IMG/VR virus record: IMGVR_UViG_3300005617_000008 | Span: 2,917 to 66,916 of that record | From: a virus | DNA: 64,000 bases | Strand: one strand, 5' to 3' | Shown here: piece after piece, positions 35,841-46,130 of the stretch | Position numbering within the stretch: position 1 is the first letter of the stretch | Layout of the letters: each line of letters opens with the position of its first letter | Position numbers and translations under genes: made by a program | Notes under the pieces: model-generated | The model's database searches: none | The model's input: only the letters and a program-made list of their open reading frames with translations | Told to the model about the DNA's origin: nothing

Positions 35841-38800
35841 TAGATTACCTGATCGTCTAGATTGAATTGCCTGATCGGCCCACCATTGCGCCCATCCTCA
35901 AGAATATGCGCCGTCACCGCTTGCGCGAATCGCGTACCATCTGGCTGCACGACAACGACAATTCGTATTGGCTGCGGCTGATTTCTGTTCAGCGTTGTGG
36001 GATCTAATTGATTCGATCCTTGCCGCTCGCTGCTGCCAGATCCTTGACTACCGCTCTTTGGCTTGAATAGATCTCCCGCGACTGCGCGCCCCGCTATCGC
36101 GGCAGCTCCGGCAATAGAACCCCAAAGTGCGGCTGAGGTGAAGTGGGCCGCAGATTCAGCCGGATTAAAGAAGAGAGTTGCAAATCCGAGCGCGAGTTCC
36201 TTGATAGCATTGACCGCCGCTTCCGCTGCTATCGAAGCGAGAGCCTGCGCGAGAATCTTGCGCATCACGGCTGGTCCAGTTTCGCCAAGCAGCACCCAGT
36301 TAGAAACGGTCTGGCCTATCGCATCCGCAAACTGGGAGAATGTATTTTGTAGGATCTCACCGAGCGGGACGATAGTAGTTTCAGTCTCTGCTACGAACGC
36401 CCGCATCGCTTCTTGTAGTTCGGCAAAGGCTTCTTTGATCGCTTCAATAGGCGAGAGAAACGCATCCTTAATAATGCCCGCGAAGTCTCCCAACCCTTCG
36501 GCATCAAACCCCAGCCTACCCAGCGGCGTTGATTCCCGTTCGTCTTTCTTGGCCTGATCCCGAATTGCCTGTATTGCTAATTGGTGGCGCTTTTCTTCAG
36601 CCTCTCGAAGATGGTTTAACTCCTCTGCCTCAGCGTTCTTTTCGGCTTGAGTGCGGGTAGATTCTCGGTTCTCCTGTTCAAGATTGCGGATCGTTTCATC
36701 GGCCTGTCGGTGACGTGAATTTTCATCCTCGATATCAAGTCTGGCGCGAGCGCGAATCACGTCACGACGGCGGGCGGAGTGGATGATCATCAGCCGCAGA
36801 ATTTCTTCTGTCGCATCCTGTTCGATTCTAATTATCCGATCCTTGACATCTTGTAGATCGTTAGCGTAACGCCGCTCATTCTCGAGGTCTTCTTGTCTTT
36901 TGTCCTCAATGTTTCGATTACCTTCGTCTTCAATCGTTACTCGCTGTGCGCGGAGAATCTTTAGCTGACTGTTTAATTCTGCTTCGGCTTTCAAGCGCTC
37001 GTTCACATTGACGATTGAACCCGCTGCTTTAAGTTTCGCTTCGGTTGCCGCGATCTCCTGATCGATGAGGTCTAGCCTGATTCGTAAAATCTCACGCGCG
37101 GCGTCCTCTTCAGTCTTAACCCTGAGCCGTGCCTGTGCTTCAATCGCGGCGATGGTGCGTTCGCCCGCAATGCGTTGCAGTTCTAGAATCGTGTCAATTT
37201 CACTGAGCTTGATTTCCTTTGTTCGCTCAGCCGCGTCTGTATCACGCTGTAATCGCCGTGCTCGCTGCTCGTCTTCGAGTCGATCTGCTTCCTGATTGAG
37301 CTTTTGAATCTCGTTGTTGATGTCCTGTTGGTTTTGAATTGTGAGGAAGCCAATTCGTTTCTGCTGTTCTAAAGACTCGCGCCGCGCGTCGATCTTGGCC
37401 CGCTCAAGCTGTTCGATGATCGTGAGCCCGTCCGACTCTACGGTCGCGCCGCGTTGAATTTGAGCCTCGATCGTCTTGATCTGTCGGTCAAACTCACCTA
37501 CCAGAATGTCAGTGGTATTCTTCTCCTCGTTCCTAAGGGAGTCCGCCCGCTCCTTAGCCGCCTTCGCCCGAATCTCACGCGCAGTTGTCGTGAAAAGTGA
37601 TTCCGCGTCCAGTTGTTGTTGCTGAAGCTTTTGAACCTCTTCGCCGGACTTGCGAATGATGTCAACTTTTTCCGTCTCGGATAGATCGGCGCGGCTTTGA
37701 GTGGTCTTAATCTGTTGTTCCTGTAGATCTAGCTGAGCCTGAATTCTCGTCTTATCCGCTTCGAGCACCTTCTTATTACTCGAGATGACACTTTCCGCCT
37801 CCTGCTGGCGGTTGATGCGGCCACGCTCAAATAGTTCATTGAGTGCCTGCTTCTGCTCTGCGGCTGATCGCTTGACTATAGCCGTTACGGCATCGGCAGT
37901 TTGGGACGCGTCTCTTGCCGAACCTAGCGGCGTAGTTGTGGGAAGCGCAATCGGAGTTTGAGCGGGAACGTTAATCGACGGGATAGCCTGTGGATTAATG
38001 TCTTTGAATATCGTAGCCTGTTCGTTGGCTTCTTTAATCGCCTCCGCCAACGCTTTGTAGTCGCGGGTAAGAAAACTAACGACAATCCCCAGCCCCTTCA
38101 TTCCTTCTCCAACACTGCGCACGACTGGACCTGCAAGGTTGCTGAAAGCTTTGAGTAGCGGCCCCAGGTCGCGCACCATATCCCCGGTGACGCGAATGAT
38201 GTCAATGAAAGCGGGGATAAGTTCTTCGGCGGCTACCGCTCCAGCGGCACGGAGCTGGAAGTTGAGTAGGGCCAGCTCATCGTTGAACCTATCAGCCGCT
38301 CGAGCAGCATCCGTAGAAATGAGAATTCCCATTTCACGGAAGCGGTTGATTGCGCCATCAAGATCACCGTTGGTCTCTTTGAGAATAGCGAGGATTTGCT
38401 TGCCGCCTCGAGCGCCGAACAGCTCAGCCGCAGCGTTGGTTTGCTCAAACCCTTCCGGCATGGCAGCAAGCGCAGCAAAGGCAGAGCGTAGCGCGGATTC
38501 GGTATCAGTAGTAGTGATCTTAAGGTCACTGAAAAGCTTCCCCGTCTTACTCAAAGGATCTTGGGCATCGTCAAGCTTGCGCTGGAAGGCGACGATAGCG
38601 TTAGTAAGCCCGCCGACTTCTCCGCCTGTGGTCTTAGCGACTACCTCAAACGCGGAAAGAGTTTCTACGGCTAGCCCCGTTTGCTGCGCGAGGTCGAACA
38701 TGCGGCCCTGAAACTCTGCTGCGTTCTTCGAGAGAATGAATAACTCGCGTGCCGCCCCAACTGCCGCCGTAGCAAGTCCGACTACGGCAACAACTGCAAT

Positions 38801-39352
38801 TCCGATCGGCAGCGCTAACCCTCCCGCCGCAATTGCCGCACCTTCCGACTCTGTAGCCATTGCGGCTAGACTTGTCGCCGCCTGCTCTGCGGAGGGAATG
38901 ATTTTGGCGTTGTTCGCCAGCACCTCGGCACCAAAGAACTTGACCGCCGCCGCGTCTCGATTAGCCTGGCCTTCGATTTTTGCGAACGTCGTCAGGAAGG
39001 TTGTTAGTTGTGGGACAGATTTACCCGTCGCGGAAGAGAGTCCGGCGATCGAATCTGCGACTTTCTTAAACGCTGCTTCCTGCTTTGCGGTCTCTTTTCC
39101 CAGCCCGCTAATGTTCTGAGTAACACGCAGGAAGGCACCGCCGAGCAGGGGAAGACGCTGGCCCACGAGGACATTCAGGTTATCGCCAAGTTCACTGAAG
39201 ACCTTACTGCTTGCTGAGACTGTTTGGGTGAGTTCAGGGCCGAAGGATTGCCGCAGTTGAGCTACCGCTGCGCGCGTTTCGGCTACGGCAGCTTTGCCGC
39301 CAGAAGCGTCTCCGCGAATTCTTAGTAATAGTGATGTTTCGGAAGCCGACAT
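35840..39352 (-). CDS. Tape measure protein
   Basis: 1170 aa, LLLRIRGDASG start, helical/coiled-coil, position in the tail operon. Confidence 0.9.
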   Translation of the reverse strand: MSASETSLLLRIRGDASGGKAAVAETRAAVAQLRQSFGPELTQTVSASSKVFSELGDNLNVLVGQRLPLLGGAFLRVTQNISGLGKETAKQEAAFKKVADSIAGLSSATGKSVPQLTTFLTTFAKIEGQANRDAAAVKFFGAEVLANNAKIIPSAEQAATSLAAMATESEGAAIAAGGLALPIGIAVVAVVGLATAAVGAARELFILSKNAAEFQGRMFDLAQQTGLAVETLSAFEVVAKTTGGEVGGLTNAIVAFQRKLDDAQDPLSKTGKLFSDLKITTTDTESALRSAFAALAAMPEGFEQTNAAAELFGARGGKQILAILKETNGDLDGAINRFREMGILISTDAARAADRFNDELALLNFQLRAAGAVAAEELIPAFIDIIRVTGDMVRDLGPLLKAFSNLAGPVVRSVGEGMKGLGIVVSFLTRDYKALAEAIKEANEQATIFKDINPQAIPSINVPAQTPIALPTTTPLGSARDASQTADAVTAIVKRSAAEQKQALNELFERGRINRQQEAESVISSNKKVLEADKTRIQAQLDLQEQQIKTTQSRADLSETEKVDIIRKSGEEVQKLQQQQLDAESLFTTTAREIRAKAAKERADSLRNEEKNTTDILVGEFDRQIKTIEAQIQRGATVESDGLTIIEQLERAKIDARRESLEQQKRIGFLTIQNQQDINNEIQKLNQEADRLEDEQRARRLQRDTDAAERTKEIKLSEIDTILELQRIAGERTIAAIEAQARLRVKTEEDAAREILRIRLDLIDQEIAATEAKLKAAGSIVNVNERLKAEAELNSQLKILRAQRVTIEDEGNRNIEDKRQEDLENERRYANDLQDVKDRIIRIEQDATEEILRLMIIHSARRRDVIRARARLDIEDENSRHRQADETIRNLEQENRESTRTQAEKNAEAEELNHLREAEEKRHQLAIQAIRDQAKKDERESTPLGRLGFDAEGLGDFAGIIKDAFLSPIEAIKEAFAELQEAMRAFVAETETTIVPLGEILQNTFSQFADAIGQTVSNWVLLGETGPAVMRKILAQALASIAAEAAVNAIKELALGFATLFFNPAESAAHFTSAALWGSIAGAAAIAGRAVAGDLFKPKSGSQGSGSSERQGSNQLDPTTLNRNQPQPIRIVVVVQPDGTRFAQAVTAHILEDGRNGGPIRQFNLDDQVI

Positions 39353-39402
39353 AAATAGAAAAGGCCCAACTCAATTAAGAATCGGGCCTGCTCGAAGCCG
39401 CT

Positions 39403-39624
39403 CTAAAATGTCCAGCCCTCATTCGGAGGACGTAACTGGCGATACAGCTCAAATCCGATCATGCGCCACTGCTCAAGCGTGAGTACGTTCTGGTGCAGCT
39501 TACTGCCATGCTTATTTTGAAACTTGAGCGTGCCATCTGAGATCTCAAGAAAAGGTTTCTGACAGTGATTGCAAATCAGTACCGAACCGGATTCTCGATG
39601 TTCGATAGTTAGCCGATGGGCCAT
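39403..39624 (-). CDS. Small Zn-binding protein
   Basis: CNHC, HG..H. Confidence 0.45.
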   Translation of the reverse strand: MAHRLTIEHRESGSVLICNHCQKPFLEISDGTLKFQNKHGSKLHQNVLTLEQWRMIGFELYRQLRPPNEGWTF

Positions 39625-39898
39625 TAGAAACTTTGCTCATTGAATTGCTTCGTAAACTTTGCCGCTTCGACTTTCGGAACTACGCGGGGCTGTCCGGTAA
39701 TGGTCAAAGCTGTCAACTGCGCGGCCAGTTGTTCCGCTGCGCGTTTCTGCTCAAACTCATCCCAGATGATTCCACACTCGATATTGAACGCCTGTGCGAT
39801 AGCGTCGTCCGCGATCCCAAGTTCCTCTGCCGGACTTCTATGAGACAGCCGCACTGTCGTCATCAACGTCAATACCTGATCCCGATCCTTCAGGAAAG
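39624..39898 (-). CDS. Tail assembly chaperone T-like segment (likely frameshift extension)
   Basis: Overlaps the 3' end of the G-like gene in the +1 frame. Confidence 0.55.
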
Positions 39899-40305
39899 TT
39901 ACTGACCGCTGCGACGGTCGTTTCTCCTTCCTTCAACCTAACGGGCATGGTTGGGCTTCCCTGCGCGAACCACATGAAGATCTGCCAAAAGTCGCGCACT
40001 GGAAGATCGTCGGGATGGTACTGACCATCCTTTGGATTCAGGGATACAACCGGACTGACAATCACGTCTGAGATCACCACCCGAGCGAAGTCCGTCAACT
40101 CTTCGACTTCTGGGTCAGAGAGTTTTTGGATAGCTTCTAATTGGGCATCTGCTGAGACCTTCTCCTTTGCGCCAACCTTATTCAGTACGCGCACGAATCG
40201 TCCGGCCTTTAGCGAAAGACTCGGACCTGGACGGCGCAACACCACTTGATTGCCCGAGTCACAGGTAAATGTCGTCACCTGCCGCCTAGACCATTGGTTG
40301 TTCAT
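39838..40305 (-). CDS. Tail assembly chaperone G-like
   Basis: Lies between major tail and tape measure genes. Confidence 0.65.
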   Translation of the reverse strand: MNNQWSRRQVTTFTCDSGNQVVLRRPGPSLSLKAGRFVRVLNKVGAKEKVSADAQLEAIQKLSDPEVEELTDFARVVISDVIVSPVVSLNPKDGQYHPDDLPVRDFWQIFMWFAQGSPTMPVRLKEGETTVAAVSNFPEGSGSGIDVDDDSAAVS

Positions 40306-40931
40306 TAGGATTGTGCTCCCGCGTTCTGAGTGAAGTACCGCCCGACACGATCAGCAGCCAGTCGCGTCGATACCGCTAATCCACGAAACGCTACTGGCGA
40401 CTTGCTGATTTCCTTGCTTGTGATGTTCCCCGCGAGCCCCGCGTCGTTGAACGCCTTGTAGAGATGTACGACGCCAAAGCGAGTCGGATCATCTTCGAAA
40501 GGCCAGATAAGCGCGACTGAGGTATAGGTCTGATCAGCATTGCCAATTGTTACGCCTTTTGAGCCCATCACATCGCTACGGGTGAGAGTCGGATTCAGCA
40601 CCTCGGCTAAATCCATGTCCATCACTTGCAGGATTGAGCCAGAGATGACTGCTTCCTGTGCAGTCACGCGCGAGATAATGGCATCCGGTGACTCATCGGC
40701 AAAGAACTGCGTGAAGGTAGGCTTTACGAGGAACTGCCAGCCCGCGTCAGTCCAGCCGATGTGACGGGCATTTGGGTTCTGCGATGAGTCAGGCGAGCCA
40801 TCGGCGGCAAGGATCAGCCGCACCCCGGCAGCTCCATCCCACTGGCCTGAACCTGTACCGAGGTCAATATAAAATTTTCCTGGGCCTATACCCACGTCAA
40901 CCGTGCTGAAGTTGTCTGCCGTACCAGCCAT
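40305..40931 (-). CDS. Major tail protein
   Basis: GPGKFY, IGWTDAG, position. Confidence 0.75.
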   Translation of the reverse strand: MAGTADNFSTVDVGIGPGKFYIDLGTGSGQWDGAAGVRLILAADGSPDSSQNPNARHIGWTDAGWQFLVKPTFTQFFADESPDAIISRVTAQEAVISGSILQVMDMDLAEVLNPTLTRSDVMGSKGVTIGNADQTYTSVALIWPFEDDPTRFGVVHLYKAFNDAGLAGNITSKEISKSPVAFRGLAVSTRLAADRVGRYFTQNAGAQS

Positions 40932-40954
40932 TGGAGGATCTCCTTTGCAAAAGA

Positions 40955-41040
40955 AAAAGCCCGCCACTCTCTCCGATTAAGAAGAAAGGGGCGGACAGGT
41001 AAACGTCAGAAGCGTTTCTTAGACCGCTAAATGGTTATCA
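40955..41040 (-). promoter_or_regulatory. Late leader: TGATAACCATTTAGCG box + hairpin + T-tract
   Basis: 15/16 identical box at 53529-53544. Confidence 0.55.
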
Positions 41041-41046
41041 ACTACA

Positions 41047-41565
41047 CTACTGCTCATTGAATACAAGCGTCACTTGCATCAAGGCGTCTCGATAATAGAC
41101 TGACTCGCGCTCACGGATTGCTCCGTAGACATGCTCTAGCTCCAAAACAATACCAAAGATTATAGCACTCATGTTCCGTTTCCAATCGGATTTTTTAGCA
41201 GAGCGGAGCGTGGCATCCAAAGCCGCCATATATTTCATTAGTTTTCGGGTAACATTCGGAGCTGAATCCGCAGTGACGCCAACGTAGATATCGAACCTTA
41301 CTGCTTGATGAAGTCGATCTTGCGCGTCTGATTCCGTGGCTGCGTTTCGATTTGGGCCAATGGCGAGAGTGGGAAATACAAGCTTCTGAATCTGGCCTAG
41401 TGCCCGCTCTTGAAAGTCTTCGAGGTACTGTGGATCATCAGGAGAAAGCGCGGCTTCTATCGGGTTAAAGTCATCAAGTATGGACTTGAAGCTCCCGGCT
41501 ATTATATCGAGCGCATTATCAATTACGCCCTCTTCCTGAACCGCAAAGTATTTCGGGTCTGCCAC
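41047..41565 (-). CDS. Tail terminator-like protein
   Basis: Position and size. Confidence 0.55.
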   Translation of the reverse strand: MADPKYFAVQEEGVIDNALDIIAGSFKSILDDFNPIEAALSPDDPQYLEDFQERALGQIQKLVFPTLAIGPNRNAATESDAQDRLHQAVRFDIYVGVTADSAPNVTRKLMKYMAALDATLRSAKKSDWKRNMSAIIFGIVLELEHVYGAIRERESVYYRDALMQVTLVFNEQ

Positions 41566-42047
41566 TAAGCCGCTCTCTCATCGACGTGAAATCCCGCACT
41601 GCGCGTGAACTCGACTAGCCGTTGTTGGATGCTCTTCATAAACCTACGCTTCTGCTCCTCAGTGAGCGAAATGATCGGACGCGACTTCTGATGAAATAAT
41701 GCGTAAGGCACGGCTGAGCCGATTAGCAGTTCTTCTTTCTCAGGTCTAAGAACTGAGTCAAGCGCGTCCGGCCCAGTCATTGATTCGTATAGTGCATCCT
41801 CGCGCCTGAGAATTGTCTTGCCGGGAAACTCACGCTCCTTGAATAGCTTGTAAGCCGGACTGAGCGGCGTCCACTTCCCTGATGCCCCACTTGCGCCCTC
41901 GCTCAGAAATTGTTCAGTCTCGATTTCATAGAAGGTCGTAATCACTCCCGGCCAGAAGTTTCGGAAATCTGTAATCTCCTGTTCGACGCGATTGAAGGCG
42001 CGGTCAATAATTACGTCGTTTCCTAGTTGGGCTGTAAAGCGTAACAT
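41565..42047 (-). CDS. Tail completion / virion morphogenesis protein
   Basis: W.PLSPAY, IL.R...L..S, IGSAVPYALFHQ. Confidence 0.7.
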   Translation of the reverse strand: MLRFTAQLGNDVIIDRAFNRVEQEITDFRNFWPGVITTFYEIETEQFLSEGASGASGKWTPLSPAYKLFKEREFPGKTILRREDALYESMTGPDALDSVLRPEKEELLIGSAVPYALFHQKSRPIISLTEEQKRRFMKSIQQRLVEFTRSAGFHVDERAA

Positions 42048-42926
42048 TTAGACGAACGCTGGCCCTCCCACCTTACCTCGCCACTTGCGAGCTACGAGGT
42101 TCACTCTCGGTGGAATCGACTCTCTCAAGGGCTGGCCCTCGAGGTTAACAAGCTTTACTGTCGCAGGGTCTGATTCACGCCAAAGATTCAGTACCCACTC
42201 AATCACTGCTGCCTTAACGTCTTGAGGCGTCTCACGCCAGCCCCATACCGCAGAAACCGTGATAGCCACTCCTGACCACCATCCGGGCCACGCGTACCTG
42301 GCAAAACTGGAGACATGAAACGGAGGGACCAAGCCTCCCTCAGTCGTCAGCACTAGATAGCCGTTCTGCTCTACGTAAGTAGGCATCGTGAAGTCACTTG
42401 GCACAGAGATGCTTAAAGTACCCGGCAAGTACGGTGGAACCTGAAGATAATTACCACCGTCGCCATAGATCGTCTTCGTTGTAGCAATCGGAATTTCAAC
42501 CGGATTGAAGTATCGCTCAGGTACGCCGCACTCAAGATCGAACATGCGCGAGGCTTGTTCTATTAACGCTTCTAGTTCAGCGGGAGTCAGTGAGTTAGTT
42601 GTAGCCGATCCTCCTGCGCCTGCTCCACCTTGCGCACGGCGCCTAACTTCGATTGGAGAACAATAGCCAACGGAGCGCTGAATGCGTATCAGAAATGATC
42701 GCGTTTCTGATTCACTTCCCGCCGTGATGGTATTTGATAGTTCGTAGACTTCGCCCCACGTTCCGCCTGACAGCCTTATTAGGGTTGACGTGGCTGTCTT
42801 GTCGTCGGTAACTTTTGTAATACCGGAAGGAACAGACCAAGAAGAGGAACTAATAGTGAGAGCGCCCAGCCAGTCGGACCAGTCGATTTGATAATCTAAG
42901 ACTTCTGTAGGTTCTTTTGTGAACAC
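42048..42926 (-). CDS. Fusion: fiber-adaptor-like domain + head-tail connector
   Basis: KEPTEVLDYQIDWSDWL N-domain; LIEQASRMFDLECG..WGW..PQDVKAA C-domain. Confidence 0.65.
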   Translation of the reverse strand: MFTKEPTEVLDYQIDWSDWLGALTISSSSWSVPSGITKVTDDKTATSTLIRLSGGTWGEVYELSNTITAGSESETRSFLIRIQRSVGYCSPIEVRRRAQGGAGAGGSATTNSLTPAELEALIEQASRMFDLECGVPERYFNPVEIPIATTKTIYGDGGNYLQVPPYLPGTLSISVPSDFTMPTYVEQNGYLVLTTEGGLVPPFHVSSFARYAWPGWWSGVAITVSAVWGWRETPQDVKAAVIEWVLNLWRESDPATVKLVNLEGQPLRESIPPRVNLVARKWRGKVGGPAFV

Positions 42927-44887
42927 TAAAGACTCCGATCCTCAAACGCGATTTCAATCATTCCGTGCTCGCCGTCAACTTTAGTTACTCGCGTGGCCTC
43001 TCGATCAATTCGTTGCCGGCGTTGTTCACTGCTCACTGTGATTGTACGGGTCTCGCCAAATACTTTGACGAACTCTCGGACGTGCAGATGGTAAACATTG
43101 CCTACTCTACCGCTTACTTCTACGCCTGACAATAGTAGCGCTACATCGTTGGGCGTGAAGGTTATTGGACTCGCGGTTCCAGTAATTGAGGTTCCAGTTA
43201 GTGCAACTTCGTGTGAGCCGATGGGAGAGCCAACCGCAGATGAGGGCTGATTGCCTGTAATTGCAATGCGATATTGAGCACTGAGCTCTCCAGAAGCAGA
43301 TGTGCTGTCAACACTCGAGATAGGCAGTAGGGATAAGTGAGAAACTGAACCCACTTGGGCACTGGCTTGAACACCTGAGATTGATACTTCGCCGGACTTG
43401 GTATAAGCCAGAGACCCGACTTGCCCGATTGTTGTGTTACCTGAAAGCGTGATTGTGAGATTTGGTGAAACACTATCTACGTGAGACGTAGCCTCATCGC
43501 CGCTTAGTTCAAGTGAGCCGGACTTTGTAAGCCCCAGCGATCCCGCTTGACCTGTAGCTTCAATACCTGAGAGTACGGCACTGCCGGGAGATGAAGCAGA
43601 TACAGATCCGACGCTCGCACTCGCTTCATTACTTGATAGTTCTCTTGTGATTGAGACGGTGAGATTCTCGCTACTTGCAGTTGCGGCCTCGCCACTGAGG
43701 GCCAAAGAAGTATTCAGTGACACACCGTTAACAGAACTTGTTGCGGAGACTTCCGATAGACCAGACAATCTATCAACTAAGACATCCTCAGTTGACGCAG
43801 ATCCGCTTACTCCAGAAAGTTGCACCTGTCCAGTCTTGGTAAAACTAAGATCCCCGACGCTCGATGAGGTTTCGACTCCACTTAATGCAACATCAGCCGA
43901 AATGGTTAAAGTGCCGACATCGCTGAGAGATTCACTTCCTGAAAGTGTTAACGAACCAGATTTTGTAAAGCCAAGGTCCCCAACAGATGCGAGGGAGTCA
44001 GTCCCAGTAATAGGAATACCCACGGAAGGCGTAACGTTTCCGGCTTCTACTGTAGCTTCTTCACCAGACAGATCAGCCGTGCCGCTTTCAGTAAATTCGA
44101 CAGCGCCAACTTCTCCGGTAGCGACTTCAGACGTAAGCGGGATGGCAATGCTTACAGAGAGTGAATCGATCGCACTCGTCGCGGAAACGCCCGTGAGAGC
44201 ACGATCTACATCGCCTGTAGCAAACGCCACATCGCCAACCGCCGAGGTGGCGTCATTGCCGACTAGCTCAACAGAGAGCGATGGAGATAGGGTGTCGGCC
44301 ACCCCAGGGGCTTCATTCCCCGATACCGAAAGATCGACTGATGGAGTAACAGAACCAGTGCCCGCCAGTGCGGAATTGCTTGTTAGGCCAACTGAAGTAT
44401 TGGGACTTAGTGATCCCGTGCTTGCGGAGGTCTCGACGCTAGAGATCTCAAGCAGTCCACTCTTGGTGAAATCCAGCGAACCTACACTTGAAGTTGCCTC
44501 GTTTCCACTAATTGCAACCGACAATTTAGGAGAGAGGCTGTCGACACTCGTGCTGGCTTCATTTCCACTGAGAGCTAAAGTGTTGTTAGGTGTGAGCGTA
44601 CCAACACTTCCTGATACCGCATTCCCGCTAATTGCTGTTGAATTGTTCGGACTAAGAGAACCAGCCGAAGCAGTTGCCGCGTTAGAAGTAATCGCAACTG
44701 AATTGTTAGGCGTGAGTGTTCCGGCATTCGCCGTTGCAGAAGCCCCGGACAGCGCCAGGCTAAGACCAACAACGAGACTACCGATAGCTGATGTCGCAGA
44801 AACACCAGAGAGCCCAACTGTGACATTTGCAGACGGAGGCCCTTTCGAAATGAAAGGCTTAAACGGTTGTGAGCGTCCAAGTCTCAT
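42926..44887 (-). CDS. Ser/Thr/Gly-rich ~20-aa-repeat virion protein
   Basis: About 25 repeats of type ..LSGxxAxxxxGxL. Confidence 0.75.
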   Translation of the reverse strand: MRLGRSQPFKPFISKGPPSANVTVGLSGVSATSAIGSLVVGLSLALSGASATANAGTLTPNNSVAITSNAATASAGSLSPNNSTAISGNAVSGSVGTLTPNNTLALSGNEASTSVDSLSPKLSVAISGNEATSSVGSLDFTKSGLLEISSVETSASTGSLSPNTSVGLTSNSALAGTGSVTPSVDLSVSGNEAPGVADTLSPSLSVELVGNDATSAVGDVAFATGDVDRALTGVSATSAIDSLSVSIAIPLTSEVATGEVGAVEFTESGTADLSGEEATVEAGNVTPSVGIPITGTDSLASVGDLGFTKSGSLTLSGSESLSDVGTLTISADVALSGVETSSSVGDLSFTKTGQVQLSGVSGSASTEDVLVDRLSGLSEVSATSSVNGVSLNTSLALSGEAATASSENLTVSITRELSSNEASASVGSVSASSPGSAVLSGIEATGQAGSLGLTKSGSLELSGDEATSHVDSVSPNLTITLSGNTTIGQVGSLAYTKSGEVSISGVQASAQVGSVSHLSLLPISSVDSTSASGELSAQYRIAITGNQPSSAVGSPIGSHEVALTGTSITGTASPITFTPNDVALLLSGVEVSGRVGNVYHLHVREFVKVFGETRTITVSSEQRRQRIDREATRVTKVDGEHGMIEIAFEDRSL

Positions 44888-46126
44888 TTAGTACGTGCTG
44901 CTCCGGTTAACTGCTTGAGACTGAATATATATCCGATTCGGAATTACTACTGATGCCGTAACTGTTCCTTGCTGTATCCCAATCACCGAGGGCGTAATCG
45001 TTCCCGTACCGCCGCCCGTGAGAATGCGAAAGTTGATTAGATCCGTGGTGGCTAACGTTACAGAATGGGTGAGATCTTCAACAATGCCTGTCGTACTCGC
45101 GCCAATGCTCACAGTGAGCGCAGACGAAGCTCCACCTACCCGGAAATCAATCGTAGTCGCATCCGAGCGCGTGTTTGTCTTGGTGTTCGTGAATAGCTTC
45201 GAGATGATCTGAGCCGCGCGAGCTTTTACCTGGGCGTTAGCTTCGGTCGTGGTTACAGGAGTCGGGTTGACGCTGCCGCAGAGAGGGATGAAATTACTGG
45301 TGCTGGCTCCCTGCGCGACTATCCCCGAGCCTGGTTCAGCAATGCCGACCTGAAACCCACTGGAAGCAGATTTGATTTGAAAGCTGCTCAGAAAACCGCT
45401 GCCTGTGCCTCCTAGTACCGAGTAACAAACCTTGTCTCCGGCGCTGACTGAGTCTGAGTGCGTGGTGTCAGTCTTTGCGCCTGTTTGACCAGAGGTGTAG
45501 GAGATTACCTGAGTTCCATCTGCGCCATTGATGCGAGTTTTGATCGTGTAAGTCTGTAAGGTGTTTGAGTTGCAGAAAACACGGAAGTTGGAAAGCGTGG
45601 AAGCGGCACGGAACGTGTACTGAGCATTCGCTTCAACTGTGCCGTCAGTAGCGCTGTCCCCCACTAGACAAACGTAACCAGTAGCACTGACTGGTGCGGC
45701 ACCGTTGTAGAAAGCCGCCAGCAGGAGCGGAACATTTGCCCCGCCATCATCGAACAAACATGAGACCGCTGAGAGGGTAACGGTGTTGGTGTGAGTTGCA
45801 CCGACGACGATTTGCACATCAAAGTCGTCAGCCGCTAACAGGGAATCTGTATGAGTAGTATCTTCAAATGTTCCAGTGCCAGTGATTGAGACACTTTGAG
45901 CACCATTTGCGCCACTGATCCGACTGGTAAGCGTCTGAGTGCCGTTATTTGCAGTGACGCGACACCAGAGATTTGACGCGGTAAGGGAGTCAAGAATGCG
46001 GAGGCTTATCCTGCCGTCCTCCGCAGACTGGACATTACACCCACCCGCAATCGGGAGCCAGCGAGTCGTGCCCTGGTTGGAAACGGCTCCCGCTGCGGCT
46101 CCGAAGGTGTAGATCCATGCGGTCAT
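44888..46126 (-). CDS. Beta-rich virion structural protein
   Basis: Internal domain repeats; located in the neck region. Confidence 0.6.
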   Translation of the reverse strand: MTAWIYTFGAAAGAVSNQGTTRWLPIAGGCNVQSAEDGRISLRILDSLTASNLWCRVTANNGTQTLTSRISGANGAQSVSITGTGTFEDTTHTDSLLAADDFDVQIVVGATHTNTVTLSAVSCLFDDGGANVPLLLAAFYNGAAPVSATGYVCLVGDSATDGTVEANAQYTFRAASTLSNFRVFCNSNTLQTYTIKTRINGADGTQVISYTSGQTGAKTDTTHSDSVSAGDKVCYSVLGGTGSGFLSSFQIKSASSGFQVGIAEPGSGIVAQGASTSNFIPLCGSVNPTPVTTTEANAQVKARAAQIISKLFTNTKTNTRSDATTIDFRVGGASSALTVSIGASTTGIVEDLTHSVTLATTDLINFRILTGGGTGTITPSVIGIQQGTVTASVVIPNRIYIQSQAVNRSSTY

Positions 46127-46130
46127 CTAG

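Noticed and set aside
40932-40967. N-terminal extensions MAGFFF / MAGFVFF on major tail and protease ORFs
   Set aside because: They come from the ATGGCGGG hairpin arm; downstream ATGs are the more likely starts (clear GGAG RBS for the major tail gene)
43647-44891. 414-aa ORF antisense to the Ser/Thr repeat gene
   Set aside because: Low-complexity codon usage suppresses antisense stops
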